Assembly (NCBI RefSeq): GCF_037042905.1
Contig: NC_087246.1
Coordinates: forward strand, 7,132,001-7,196,000
DNA from: Lytechinus pictus
Lineage: Eukaryota
DNA length: 64,000 nt
Direction: 5' to 3'
Made by a program: the position numbers and the translations under genes. This document shows positions 39,233 through 53,437 of this stretch, piece by piece (position 1 is the stretch's first letter; every line of letters begins with the position of its first letter). Below the pieces are notes generated by a model. That model did not search any database. It was given only the letters and a program-made list of their open reading frames with translations, and had not been told where the DNA came from.

Positions 39233-40888
39233 TAAGTGCTACATAAATTGAGTTATCATGACCCCCACTCTCCAGATTCTGGCTTTCCCACATACACTTT
39301 CACCACACCTTTGGGAGCATTCCAAACAGGAGTTTCCAAACTCAATTGCTAATGCTAGACCTACTACATCTAGGAATTGAGCATTTTTACTGGGTACCCA
39401 AGATAGCACCAGGGTGGAGACTGGCAAGTGACAAGGGTGTGGCTTAACGCCTTGCCTAAGGATGTTATGCGGTAGTGGGATTAGACCAGTTTGGCCCTTT
39501 ATAAGATTCAGAGGGAAGAGGGAAGCTACTTTCCTCAAAGCCAAACATAGAGAGAGACTCACAAAAGTCACATCCCCCCCCCCATCCTCTTTAGTTGCGG
39601 TCAACACACGCCTTCCATCATAATGTGGTATGCACTATTTGAGAACCGTGTGTTATTATTATTATTATCATTATCATGAATCATTATTACCATCATCAAA
39701 TCGCCCTGCATACACAGACCATTATTGACACTTAACCCAACAAGGGGGTCTGTAAGATGAGTCTAGTCCAATTTGTTGCGCCAATGCATGCCACACAATG
39801 CACTATTCCATTCAGTCTCACCGTAGGTTTCAAATTCACACTACTTTATAGTGTGTTTCAACAAATTGAGGGCTCTTGCCTACAAACCAGCAATATTTGA
39901 TCTTAGATGTTGTGATGGAGGACTTTGAAAGGCGTAATTCTCATTTTGAATCCACGTAAGCTAGTCTGAAAAAAAGTCAGGCTATTAGACTTCGGCAATC
40001 CTAAAACTTGCAAAACGATATGAGTTCATATTCTGAATGAATATAGCCTGCATCTGTTGCAATATTCTTCTGCCCCTGACGTGTATTTTATTTAACAATT
40101 AACCCAATAGGTCTGCAATGCTCTTTCAGTTCATCTTTCTATGCCCAGCTATTTTATCTAGGCATTACATTGTTCCTGTTCAGTGGCTTGTTGCTAGGAT
40201 GTGATGTCATTCCCGCTGCTAGGGAGATGTGTACACACTACACTCTACCTGTGCACCTAGGCAAGTTTGAATCATGCTTGGTGGCACTCTTAAAAGCTTT
40301 GAAATAAAAATCTCCTGTTTGCTTTCACATCGAATGAAGGTTATGGTCATGGAATATGAAGCAGCAGCATTATATCATTTGATTGCTGTTCGTTACTTGC
40401 TCTCTTTCATTCACACAAAACTCAGAGTCACTTAATGTACTAAGCACATTACATGTTTGTAATCTTATTAAAAGAGCAAGGGATAGAGGGAAGGAAAGAG
40501 AGATATTATCCCCTATCTCATACCTTTGCTAAACATGCGTGGTAGCTTATGAAAATGGTCAACTTTGGGTGTACTGTTTATAATATTTTGGTGTTAGCAG
40601 GCCAGCATTTCAATGTGTAAAAATGCAATACATGTAGGCAATGCAACATGGCTTAAGCCTGGCGCACACTAATACCTCAGTCACTACGCCGGCTGTACGG
40701 CGAGTCCAAACGGCTATTTTAGACTTTATATGGGAAATGTGACCGAGGTATAAACGATCCGACTGCATTATGATTTCGAACAAATCGCACTTTCTTTTTA
40801 AATATGAAAGTTCCAAGAACTAAAATCATTTAATTTGAAGTTCAGGATAATTGAATACTAAAACCAGAATTCTACTTTGCTGCAAGCC

Positions 40889-41012
40889 TAGCCTCTTGTC
40901 GAGGCCCTGGCGGCTGCTTCCTGAGCGAAGCGAGGGATATAGCAGAGCAGAGCAAGCCAGGCCTAATTCGCTTTGCTCAGGAAGCAGCCGCCAGGGCCTC
41001 AACAAGAGGCTA
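40889..41012. mobile_element. 124-bp GC-rich hairpin MITE with TAG...CTA ends and a 9-bp near-perfect TSD (AcademH-like)
   Basis: tagcctcttgtcgaggccctggcggctgcttcctgagc / gctcaggaagcagccgccagggcctcaacaagaggcta; flanks ctgcaagcc / ctgcaagct. Confidence 0.82.
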
Positions 41013-42504
41013 CTGCAAGCTTTATGGTCGGAGTAAAATCCAAATCGGCTTCAAGTTGCACCCGATGATGATGTCATTACGATTTGCTTTTATTCCTACA
41101 GGGAGGCTCGAAAAAAGACTGAATTTTCAATTTGATATTCATCCCACTATTCGTAACTTTGATGGTTTATAGGTTGAAAGGTTTATTTCAAATACTATTA
41201 TAATTTATTTGAAAATCAGATAGCAACGGATCATGTAGTATGCTCTGGGCTTTACCCCACTTGCGATACGTGCATTCATCTATACCAATTGAGATATCAC
41301 TCTGTTGTGTGCAAAGTCAATGCAGGTTGATAGAACAGTTTGTTGATGGAAACATCGTATGCCTTGCTCCAGTATACATTTTCAATGGAGAAAGGCCCAT
41401 TTTGTACAAGATTTATGTGTTCTTGCATTGGAAACAAAGGAATCAAATTAAAGCAGATACAGCAGTTTAAATGCACACAGTTTGTTATATCCCTTGCCTC
41501 AGTATATGATTTCAATGAGAAAAATCAATTTTGTATATGATTTCCTTGTTTTGAAAAGATTCCATATCTTACAAACTAATTGAAATCACAATGTATAACT
41601 TTGCCACATAGGTCTATAGAATATGACTTTAATTTTGATTTTCTGCAAAAAATCTCAAAGTTGATTTTTGACAAAGCAGACTTTTATGTGGCCATTTGAA
41701 TTATTTTACAAAAAAGTGAGAGGAATTCAAATGCTGTTTTAAGGGACTTTTGGTATGGAATTTGGTCATTTTTAAATCACTTTTATGCCAGTCATACTCG
41801 TCATAAATTTTACTTATATGGTATTTAAATTATTTCTGCATGTATATTTTATGTACATGTGACAAAATGAATGTGTCATTTTAACTCTGGAGTTTTATGG
41901 AAAAAAAATGATGTTGCCTTGAAATCTTCATGAGAGTTTTTATTGAGTTCAGAAGTTTCTATGACGTAGTAATCTTTGTAAGTTTGTTGTACAAGATATT
42001 GGAAATGGAAATACTGCAAATAGAAATAGCTCCTTCCTAAAGCTATGCCCAAGAATCAAAGGTCGTTTTAAAATGTCAAATATTCACTTTTAGCTTGTGG
42101 TTTATCTCATTTCATGGATATTGGTAAAAATAGATTAGATGTTTCCTCATTGCAAAAGAATGCTCTGGAAATTGACATAACCTATAGCCAAATTCATTGA
42201 TTGAAAATGTGAAATTGTCGCTCCCAAAAAATAACAATTTATAAATAATATTTCTGATCAATTCATTAAGTCACTCATGCCTGACAGGATGAAATTTTTT
42301 TAAAATTTCATTTCCATGATACGAGAACCTTTACACTGTTGGAATTGAATGGAAAAAATGATGTCATCAGTGATGTCATCATATAATTTTATTGCTATTG
42401 ATTTTTGAACAGGCCTTCTGTGTTGAATATTTTAGCATTTTGCTAGTTAACAGAAATCAATTTTTATCACATTGGAAAAGGTTACTGTAGTAAACTAAGG
42501 CCCG

Positions 42505-42890
42505 TTAGTGTCTTCTTTCTTAAACCAGTTCAAATGGGAAACGATCGTAAGAGTCTTGGAAGCAATTTCAAGTGGTTTTTCAAACCAGTTTGGAAATCCA
42601 CCTTGCAATGTGGTTTTCAAGACCGCTTTGCCTCGTTAAACTGGTTTAAGCTTAGATGAGGACACAAAACACAACTGTTTTTCGGGAAACAATCTTTGCC
42701 CGTAAATATGAGAGTGTTTGCGTGATGGGCATACTACTCAGTACACACTGTGTGTAGAATGCCTACGCTGCCATTTTAAATTTGGCGTGAAACATGTGAC
42801 CCCACTGAGAGCATTCCCATTAAACAAGATCGCTTCGCATGATGTGGCTTTGAAAACTGTTTCAGGAGATAGTGATGAGAATGCTCAATA
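42505..42890. mobile_element. Old interspersed repeat (MITE-like); second copy at ~48685-50135, split by a Tc1/mariner-like element
   Basis: Shared blocks tttcttaaaccagtt, ggaaatccacc..gtggttttcaagaccgc, gagcattcccat and atgagaatgctca. Confidence 0.65.
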
Positions 42891-45620
42891 CAGATATTTC
42901 TAAGTGTACAATTTTTGGACTATGAATCAATTACTAGGATTTTTAGAATAAAAGCATGGTCAATAAATGAATAAGTCACCAATACTCAAATTTAGAACAA
43001 AAAAAAGAAGCAAAGATGTGCACCTCCCTATAGGCCAATCCACAACTGATATACAGAGTGGGGAAATCTAAACATAAAAAAAACCAACGGGTACATTGCA
43101 ATGTGGTTTGGCTCGAAAAAAAAGGGTGGATACAAATTAAACAAAATAGCTTGAATGCTATCAGAGTGTAATGGTGTTGTGTTGTGTCTTGATCTGTGAT
43201 TCATAATGGAAAGTAATGAGTGCACCCGTAAAACATTAGGATTATGAAATCTTCCCTTGAGTAGCAGTAAGTTACATCAGAATATTTCTAGAACATAAAT
43301 GGCAATTATATTCAAATTGTTTATTTTGTTTTCTCCATAGAGAGCAATCTCCTCATTAAAAAACAAGTGCGGCAGGGAAGGGACCATTAAATGCCGAATA
43401 TTCCCATGTTAGAGGGGAGCATTTCATGAACAGTTTTGTCAGTGATTTCTCTGAGAAATGTTATAAGCTGCCATAAATCCTTGCAGCGAATTGGCTGAGA
43501 GCTATTTAGTCTGTGAAAAACACTGACCAATTTTTGTTTATAATGCTTGCCAAGAATCGTAGTATGACCTTCAACCTAGTATAAGAAGCCCCAGCATTTT
43601 ATTTTGAAAGAAAAATAATGCACATGCAAAGCAAAGTGTTCTTATATTAAAAAAATATATTCCCACTTTTTGTTGTGTAGTAAGATATCATTATGTAGTG
43701 CTAATGTTAGTCAAATTTGGCATTATTGGAGCTCCACAACTAAAATCATTCAAAACTCAATTAATTTGAGTTCATTTTTTTCAGTTAACGGAAATTAACT
43801 TTGTTTACATGTCAATGCAAAAATGTAGATAACTAACATAGAATCGATAGAAAATGGATAGAGAAGTATTAATTCAAAATTAAGAGTAGATGCTGTAATA
43901 CATGCATGTATAGCAGCACATTATGTTGTCCATGCATTAAACCTCTCCAGAAAGAGAAAAGATTTGCATTGTCTGGCTAAGAGTCAGGAGAGTTATGTTA
44001 AAAAGCTTCTCTACTGGATTTTTGAATGCCTTTCCTTGACGTCATAGTATGTCTGAAATTCACACACGGTCACATATTTCCCTCGTCTCTCTCGTACCGT
44101 TTGCATCTCCAGTGTATTTTACCATTTTCCCCCTGTCTACATTGAAATCAGCTTTACATGTCAAGATTATATGTAGAAATATATTTCCTCATTGCCAGAG
44201 TGTAGTTAAGTCCCTTTTTTCGATTATTGTGTACTCTTTTGCTATGACGTTCACTTACTGAAAATATCATGATTTAATACCTTTGCAGTCCTTGATTTAT
44301 TGTCTTAATATGTAGATTTCAAAGTGAATTCCTGCCAGGTGTTGATCAAACTTTTATCTTGCCTAGTATGAAGCAATTCAATTTGAAGTTGATGACTTTA
44401 AATGGTTCTAATTTAATATACATGTATTTCTATAATACTTTTAATATACCTATGGGGTAAGTCTCTCTCTTTCTCTCTCTCCCTGTCTTTCTCCACTTTT
44501 TGCTTTTTATGGTGCTTTTACTTCTATTTAAATTTTATTTCATTATCCATTTTGTGCTGCACCAAGGAGATATCACCTCTAATCTCATTGGTTGCACTCT
44601 ACCCAGGTGTAACATGTAAAATTCTTTGCTGGAATATTTATTCCTTGAAATGATTATGTAAAAGAATGGTGATTGTGCATAAGCCAGGGCGAAATTGTAG
44701 GTTATTTTTGCTTTGATTAATTTTTTAAAAATTATTTAGTTTACATTCTGAATAGAAAATTATATCTGAGCTTAAGCTATGATTTTTATATCATGACCTG
44801 ATTGACTTTTTTTTTTCATTAAAAGTGAAGACTTCTGGAAAAAAGGAGAGTTTGTGGAATTGCAAAATGTCGTGCCGAGTTGTTGTTGCTGCTGTGGTTG
44901 TTATTTTATTATTATTATAGTTAAAAGTAAAGTAAAATTATTTCTGCTGAGATAGGTCCATGAGATGAGGTAGCAATTTGTCCGGATGGACTGATCAAGT
45001 CTATACTTCTGCAGTTATTTTTGTGCATTTGTCTATAGATCTATTCTGCGATCTCTCTGCTTTTCTATTTGCTGCTATGAAAGCTTCCATGTAGTTTGAG
45101 GTTGAAATGGTTTCAACTGGAAGGTCATAATCGTTGAATTCCAAGGACCGGTGGGTGGTTAATCCAGCCCTGGTGTGGGATATCTTTGCAAAGAACCTAA
45201 ATACTGAACATAACTCGGTTTCACTTTTCACTAACTTAATGTCTCTGCTTGAATCCAGTGCATTTCTATTAGAACATGGTTGGTGAGTTGTTCTGGATGT
45301 GCCTCATTTCTAAGGATAATTTCAGCATCGATATAATATAATTGGTGCCCTTTGTGAAGTGTTTATGAGGTTTTATTTCTCTGCGTTATTCCTCAGCTTG
45401 ATACTGTTTCACACAGATGAAATCATAAATTTTTGTAAGGTTCAGAGCATCAAATTTCTATTTTTTATACAACTTATTATGAGGTAAAAAAAAACAATTT
45501 TGTAAAGAATTTAAGGGGTTTAATAAAGGTTTCATTTGCTGAATTGATAGTTTGATACCTTTATTATCTTTTCACGCAGACGAATAAAGGTCATTGTGTC
45601 AAGTTCTTTCTGCATCTCAA

Positions 45621-46029
45621 TAGGGCCGTCTGCACCATCCCGAGTTTTCAAATTAGCGCGCTATTTCTGATCCGACAAATTATCCCGATCTGAACAATCT
45701 CAAGATTATTTGCAATGGAGACGCAATTATCGCGCTAGCTCGTAGGATTAATCTCGAAATTGCAATCCCAAATCAACTTGGGATTATTTGCAAAATAGCG
45801 CGCTATTTTACGAATTATCGCGCTAATTGGTACATGTAGGTTCAGACGCACTCAGGATTATTTATTCACGGCGTCAGACCATAATGCATCGATGCCTCGC
45901 TCGAGCAGGAATCGCTCTTCTTGCGATGGTGGAGACGGGGTTTCTTGAATCTCGAGATTAATCGCGAAGAGGGCCGATCGGGCTAAAATCTCAAGATTGA
46001 GCAAACTCGGGATGGTGCAGCACCGCCTA
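45621..46029. mobile_element. PIF/Harbinger-like MITE, copy 2
   Basis: tagggccgtctgcaccatcccgag / ctcgggatggtgcagcaccgccta. Confidence 0.82.
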
Positions 46030-48928
46030 TCAAGTGCATTTTCTCTACAACTATCCAATAAAATTTTGTTGCATTCATTGTGTATGAAAATGAATGGTAT
46101 AGGTCTATGTTATGATAAATAAAGCAAGAACTGCTTTTAAAGATTTTTCTTTAAAATTCAATTTGCAAAATACTTTTAAAAGACTGATTTAGTGTGGTTG
46201 CTACCAGCACCAGCTCCTGCAAGCTATAGAAAAGAGAATTTAGAGAAATATTTGTTATCTTATATCCAGCTACTGTTATAGGTCATTGATAAGTCTGTTG
46301 ATTCATTTTGATATTGTAACGAGTGATGGGTACAACACTGATTTAAACATTAACAAAAACATAAAGGAATTCCTTTCTTCTCTGATTGTTTTTACATTTT
46401 AGTTCAGTCGTAAAACTGATTTACATGTATACTGTATTCTTCACATGTAGATAACAGCTATATATGTATATTTTAACATTATTTTTTTTCTTTATTTAGA
46501 GATTTTTCTATTCATTTTTAGTGAATGGTTGATATAGCTTGAATCTCACAGTTTTATTCCAAAGTAAAGATTAAAGAATGCTCAAGATCTGGATAGTCCT
46601 CTGTGAAATTTATGGATTTTTTGTTTTACAATTTACAACATATCTGGTTACATTTAATCTCAGGCCTGGCTAAATGGAGTATAGATATTACTTTACTTAA
46701 TAAGAACTATCTCTCATGAACCATTTTAATGAACCACTCTAATTTAGAATAATATCCTTCAATGTTATGCTGGTAGACATATATGCTGTGTTGAAATTGG
46801 ATGAGATTTTTGATGACTTGCCATTCCTTACAGCATATGGCTCAACTCTTTTATCAAACAGTATACTGTAAAATATAGTAAAAACAAATTCATTCTTTTC
46901 TCCAGGTCTTGGATACTTTCTGTTCTCTGTACTTTAAGTACACAAGTATTCACCTTTTCCTCATCTAATTTATTTCAATATTCTACTTTCTAGTGACCTG
47001 ATTTCATTGAATTCTACGTTGAATTATATTTGATAAAGCTTGGGGGGGGGGGTCTGTGTTTCAATTGCACAATGATCTCCTCTTTAAATCCTCTTACCTC
47101 ATATTTGAGATTGCTCATGGATTCAAATTCTCAATTCTCAATGGTCAATCTAATTTTAGAATCTATTGCCTATTTTTGGCCTTTTGTTTTCAATCCTTTT
47201 ACCTTGTCCGAAATTGATCCTGTGCTGCTGAATCGAAGATTATATAATGCACTGACACATTACTTACAAATGATAAAATAAAATTTTCCCCATCTCGCAT
47301 ATCATGAGATGAGATCATTAATTATAGGCTTTCTTAATATGCAATATTAGTGAAAAGATTTTGAGTCAAACTAAATTTATTTTCTTTTTTTTTTCCTTCC
47401 ATTCCTTTTTTCTTTTCCTCTTTCTTAATTTATGTTTCTTTCTCCCCCCCCCCTCTCTCTATCTCGCTCTCTGTTTTTATCCATCTCTCAATTTCTCTCT
47501 CTGTACCTCTCCTCTCTCCCCTTCGCTGTCTCTATGTCTTTCTCCGTAAATATCTAATTGGTAGTAACCAAACACTAGGATACTGTAGTAGTTAGGTATG
47601 TCAAGGTAATAGATTATTGCAGAGTACTTAATATCAATTAATTGATGAGTGTGTACATGCATCCCCCTGAAAATGCACATCACTTTATAAAGAGCACTTA
47701 GATTGAAATGTACAATGTTGGTTTTAGCATTTGAATCTGCATTTTACGATGGCAGTTTTATGAGGGAGTATTGTGCATCAGAAGATACTAAAGGCAGAAC
47801 TGTGAATGGTAATAAAAAATGATGTGTATTAAGGTTGAACTGGATAAGATTTATCAAAGGTCTCTATCGTATCTTTCCTGATATTGCATGATTTATAATA
47901 TACAAAAAAAAATCTTGTTTACTGGTTAAAAAGAGAATGGATCATGGATTCACACTTGACGAGTGCCATACATTCTTGATTCAATTACCATTATGCAGAA
48001 TGGCATACATGTAATATCTCACTGACAATCAGATTTATGCATTTAAACACTTGCATCCTTTTACCAAGCCAAGTTATCCAACCTCACCTGCAATACATAC
48101 TCGTGAACAACTCAAACCTTAAGGGATTGATGCTATCCATGGCTTTCAACAGAAATGCAGGACTATAGCCTGAGTAGGTTATTAAAAGGAGAAGTGGTAA
48201 TGGGATGGGATAGAGGGGGGGGGGGGGGGGGGGGGGGTAGAGTAGGAGCCTGTGACAGCCATGTTCATTACTTAATAGCCTAAGGATAAATTATACAGAG
48301 GTCGATGTTTGGTGAGCGTTGAGAGGAAAATTTGCTAATTGTGTTGTAACGAGTTGTTACTAACAGATGCGATACATGAAGAGATAGTGTGTGTAGGTTG
48401 CCTCGGAGAAGAACCGTGTATACTTGATTACTGCAATGGGAGTAGTATGTGTGTATGATCCACAGTTATAAATTTATAAACCATACACCTATTTTGGAAA
48501 AAGATTGATCTTGCAATGGATAGTTATTATAAAACCTTATATTTTTTACTTTTTAGATGAAAATTGTGTTAATATTGTAAGTGCTGGATTTTGAGCCTTT
48601 ATTTTGACATGTGTATGTGCATGTATATTGGATCATGGACCTACTACATGAGTGTGTACTAGGTCCATGATTGGATGTATTATGCTCTGTTCTCATCTAC
48701 TTTCTTAAACCAGTTTAGCGGAAACTGGTTTCATGTGAAATGAGCGGCCTTTGAAGCAATCTTAATTGATCTGGGAAACCATTTTGGAAATCCACCTCTT
48801 GATGTGGTTTTCAAGACCGCTTTTCCTTGTTAAACTGGTGTAAGCACAATTGAGGGATCAACTGGTCTTCAGGGAGTGATCTTTGTCAGGAAGTGGTATA
48901 GCTGTGTGCATGTTGGGCACGCTATATA

Positions 48929-49912
48929 CAGTGCGTATCAAAAAAAAGTTTACACTTTGAAAAAGCCATGGGAATTAAAAAATATAAAACATGTGGGTAA
49001 TTTTTTCACATGTAATATTGGGTTTGGGTCTCATCTATCCAATGAAAGTAAAAGTTTTACAGAATGTTATACTTGAGTGAGCACTGTTCATTTTTGTATA
49101 GCTCGCAGGAAGCTGTTTGCGCAGAAATGCTCGTTTTCACGCTGTGTCAATGGGAAAGGGCGAAATCAAACTTACCCTGCGAAACATTTCTCATACATTT
49201 CCCTTGCACCTTTAGTCAATTGAAATAAAATGGATACATTCAAGCATTTTGTAACAATTTTGCCACCCAAATTGAAATTTCAACACTTAGTAAGCACAAC
49301 CTTTACACTTTATGTGCCAGCTGGAACTGAGGACATAACTGGATCTGAACAAAAGTTTATATCAGACATCTCCAGCATTTTTCACTAAGTTTTAATTCTT
49401 CAAAGTGGTTTACATTTCATTTTTCATTTAATATTGTTTCTCCACACTTTTTCCAATCTTGACAATGATTAACAAAATGAAAATCATGCCTAAGCCATTT
49501 TCATGTAAATCACAGCTCAGTGTAAAGCAAATATCGTCACGATGGCCTCGGTGTGTGGGGGAGTGGGGTGGGGCGCAATGCACTCTTCGAAGTGTTTTGG
49601 GCAAGGAAACAAGTTTAAAAAAGGTAAAAGATATCTTCAAATCGATTTTACTAGCTAAATTCCATGTGTTCTTCATGATTAAGGTCTACTTTTATTCGCA
49701 AAACTATTTCAAAGTTCTGCGCAAATCATTTTTCACTAACTTTTCAAAAGTAAGTGGTATTCACTCAAGCGGAAATATTTTTCGGCAGTTATATCGTCAT
49801 TTGCTTAAATGGATATGTACCAATGTTAAAATGTGGAAAAATCCTCAGGATATTACAAATGTATAATTTTACAGGATTTTTTTAAGTGTAAACTTTTTTT
49901 TGATACGCACTG
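48929..49912. mobile_element. Tc1/mariner-type non-autonomous element, TA TSD
   Basis: ta|cagtgcgtatcaaaaaaaagtttacactt...aagtgtaaacttttttttgatacgcactg|ta. Confidence 0.9.
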
Positions 49913-51310
49913 TAGTACACATGTTTAATGTGTGTATCCAGAATTCTGCCCCTGTATGTACAGAGTACTACAAATATTTAAATAGATTGTGCCTCGAATT
50001 TATGTGATGTGTTTTCCTGAGTTAACTCTGTATAATTCTGCTTAAGCTTAAGATTTACCCTAATCATTTGACCCACCAAGAGCATTCCCATAGCAACAAG
50101 ATCAACCAGTTCAGGAGATTGTAATGAGAATGCTCACGAAGCGGTCTTCAAGTTTGCTGAACAAGAGTTTAGATAAAAACAGGGCCTGATTGATATTATT
50201 GGGGGGGGGGGGAGTTGGGATGGAGCTATGTTAGATTGCATATTGTTCAAATAATTTTTAATATTAATCAATTTGCACTAAAAGTACAGTGTCCCTGAGA
50301 GTTCATGTTCTTCTGCCTGACCAATAGGGATGGGAATAAAAGGATGTATACATCCTAATGATCTTAATATGCCAGCAAAGTAACAAACTACAAATGAAAT
50401 ATAAGAACAATGTATAAACAAATTTTCAAGATTTTCAAGAATGTCGAATGATGTTATAAATATACAGTTGATGTAGTCGTCTGAAGCAAATGTACTAAAA
50501 GCATCCTTTTTTCTCTGTTACTACTGATTCATGTGAAATAATCATGCTCCTTTTCAATGTAACTTCTATTTTTACATTTAAAAAATCAACAAAATGATTT
50601 TGTAAAATGTTAAACTCAAGAAGTTATCCCCAGTTTATTTCTGAAGAACACTTCTAATCATTACCGATAATCAGAATACATTTCTCCACAACCAACCTTT
50701 TTTGACCTTTGATATTTCATGAGAAAAAACAACATTCTGGCTTGCGAAAGAAAGGTATTATCACTGCCATTTGTTAGCAATGGCTCCGTATTTCTGACTG
50801 TAGGTTTCAAGGTTTATTATTACTCCTTTTGAGTGTTATCAGATATAAAATTCAAATGTTATATTATGTCATTATGCATAGTCAAATGGTATGCTACATT
50901 TTAATCAAAACAATTGGAAGGTTTAAAAATGTGTCATATAGCTTTTGATTTTCTCAAGGAAATCATTGAAAATTTCATCTTTAGTTTAGTGGGGCACCTC
51001 TTAAGACATTTCAACCTGTTTACTTTGCATGTTTACTTTGCATGCTTCTTTGTAAAATGTTTTCTTTTTTACTTCAATAAAACACCATTATGTAGAAAAA
51101 TGACCTTGAAGTTTTGAAGTAAAGTACCTAAAAAAAACATAATGTAACCATGAACCAAATGTATGCCTCATGTAAACAGTCGTCAGATAATAATATACCA
51201 TAAATACCTAAGATGTCAGTTTTATAAACATCTTCGTTTGATAGGCCCAGTAAAAATAACTTAAATGATTAATTCTTGATTTAGATTTAGCTAAGAAATA
51301 TATACATCTG

Positions 51311-51455
51311 GGGTCCGTTGCAGAAAGAGTTGCAATCAATTGCAACTCTAAAAATCATGCGCAACTTGATTTTCAACCAATCAACAGCGCGTATTCGGGA
51401 CTTGCGATTGATTTTTTGACTTAAGTTTGAACGCAACTCTTTCTGCAACGGACCC
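51311..51455. mobile_element. PIF/Harbinger-like MITE (CWG flanks); a second diverged one follows at ~51532-51668
   Basis: ctg|gggtccgttgcagaaagagttgc...gcaactctttctgcaacggaccc|cag. Confidence 0.82.
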
Positions 51456-51669
51456 CAGATCACAGAGGTTCTTTGCCTCTTATTGACATGTTAACATCTA
51501 CTGTAGATAATAGCCCTTTTTATACCTGCATGGGCACTATTTCACAAGAGTTACCATTATGGTCATTCAATGGTAGCTTCCATTGAACCCTGGTTCTGAT
51601 TGGCTGGTAAGCCCTGTTACTATGGTACAGGTAGTTATCATTGGATTGTAACTTTTGTGGAATAGGGCC

Positions 51670-52320
51670 TGAAAAAATAATCATTATTTATAAATAATGG
51701 AAAACTCAACAAATTATTTATAAATAAAGAAATGTGCACTGGCATTGTTAATGAATAATTATTATTCATAAATAATAGAAAACTTATTCATAAATAATGG
51801 AAAAAACGAATTGCAATTATTTATAAATAATGAAATATGTAGTGTCATTGTTTATAAATAATGAAAAACAAAAATCATTATTTATAAATAATAAAAAAAA
51901 CAAATAATCATTATTTATAAATAATAAAAAACAAATAATCATTATTTATAAATAATGAAAAACAAATAATCATTATTTATATATAATGAAAAACAAAAAA
52001 TCATTATTTACAAATAATGAAAAACAAATAATCATTATTTGTAAATAATGAAAAACAAATAATCATTATTTATAAATAATGAAAAACAAATAATCATTAT
52101 TTATAAATAATGAAAAACAAATAATCATTATTTATAAATAATGGAATGTCGAACTATTATTATTTACAAATAATGAAGTATTACTTGGAATTATATATAA
52201 ATAATTAGAAATGTTATTTTATATAATAGTAGTTATTTACAAATAAAATGTAAATTATATATAAATAATAGTTACTATTTAATAAATAATGATTATATAA
52301 CAAATAATTGTTCTATATAA
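51670..52320. repeat. AT-rich 31-bp minisatellite (homogeneous core ~51850-52143) with a palindromic unit
   Basis: Unit gaaaaacaaataatcattatttataaataat, about 9 good copies with degenerate flanks. Confidence 0.9.
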
Positions 52321-53124
52321 TATTGGTACATTCGGCGCCTCATAGATTTCATGTATCTGTCACAAGAACAAAACTTTCTCCAAACTGACCAATGGAATGT
52401 CATGAGAAATAATATAATACATATAGACTTGGTCGGTCTGGAGTAGGTTTAGTCAATGTGACTGAGCCATAAATTCTAGATTTAGATTTAAATCCATATG
52501 ATTTATTTTCAGATCTAAAATCATTCTTCTTCAAATCCTTAAGATACAAATCTAAATCAAGTTTTACACTATTCACATTTGATCTTGATTTGTTTTGAAT
52601 CCATATGATTTTGAGTGTACTAAGAAAAAAAAAATTGTAGAAAATTTGTGTGCGGGGGGGGGGGGGGGGGGGTAGAAATAATCAATTTATTGATTAGTGA
52701 AAATAAACCTCACTGTGTTTCTTTATATTCTTGAAATTTAATGTTATTTACCTTATGATCAAAGGGAATCTGATTAAAAATAAAATGAAAAAGCAAGAGA
52801 GGGAGATAGATAGATAGTGGGAGAAAGAGAAAGAGGTGAGAATAAGTTGTCTTTTGTCTATTTTGATTGTTGAAATACATTCATATTGAAACTTCTTTAT
52901 TCATATTTATTCACTGTGATACATGGTAGTCATAATTCATTTTCCTTCGGAATTCATAGGTAAAGTTTTCATTTTTTTTGTAGGTCGTGCCAGATCAAAT
53001 TCATGACATTGTGTTATATTGTAAATTTGCATAAATGCATTTCATTACGTGCAATTCAATGTCTGAAGAGTTATACACTCCCTCCACTCTTTAGTATTTT
53101 CATTGTTGTCTTGTCTTTTTACAG

Positions 53125-53226
53125 ATCAAAGATTATGAAAAACTTGACACTCTTGATGAAAGGCTAGAAGAAGCGAGAAGAATCTTCGATAACTACATAA
53201 TGAAAGAAGTCTTATCATGTACACAT
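53125..53226 (+). CDS. GRK2: GRK2/3 coding exon 4
   Basis: CAG acceptor; [34 protein letters not shown]; 102 nt; GTAAGT donor. Confidence 0.97.
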
Positions 53227-53437
53227 GTAAGTATTATCCTGCACTCTCCTGGCAAGAAGTACAATCTTAATCATGGTTTCAGTCAGGTATTTCCTGGCCT
53301 TTCAGATAAGATTTTTTTGTAATGTTTTCAATGATAGAAATAATGATATGTAATGAAATTGTGTAAACTTCTAGAGCAAAATATTTTGAACCAAATTCAA
53401 TTACCATCTTTGTCATATTTGTTTTATAATAAAAGTC

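Noticed and set aside
44900..45600. Possible minus-strand LINE ORF2 remnant
   Set aside because: Multiple stops and no diagnostic RT or endonuclease motif recognisable.
48214..48237. Long poly-G runs (also ~595, 4802, 6110, 52654) as G-quadruplex elements
   Set aside because: Such homopolymers are scattered throughout the window, often within repeats, and their lengths are sequencing-sensitive. There is no specific evidence of function.
48557..48576. Apparent microexon (tttttag|ATGAAAATTGTGTTAATATT|gtaagt)
   Set aside because: 20 nt would frameshift between phase-0 exons 3 and 4, and there is no in-frame upstream ATG for an alternative first exon. It could only be a poison exon, which is unsupported without RNA data.
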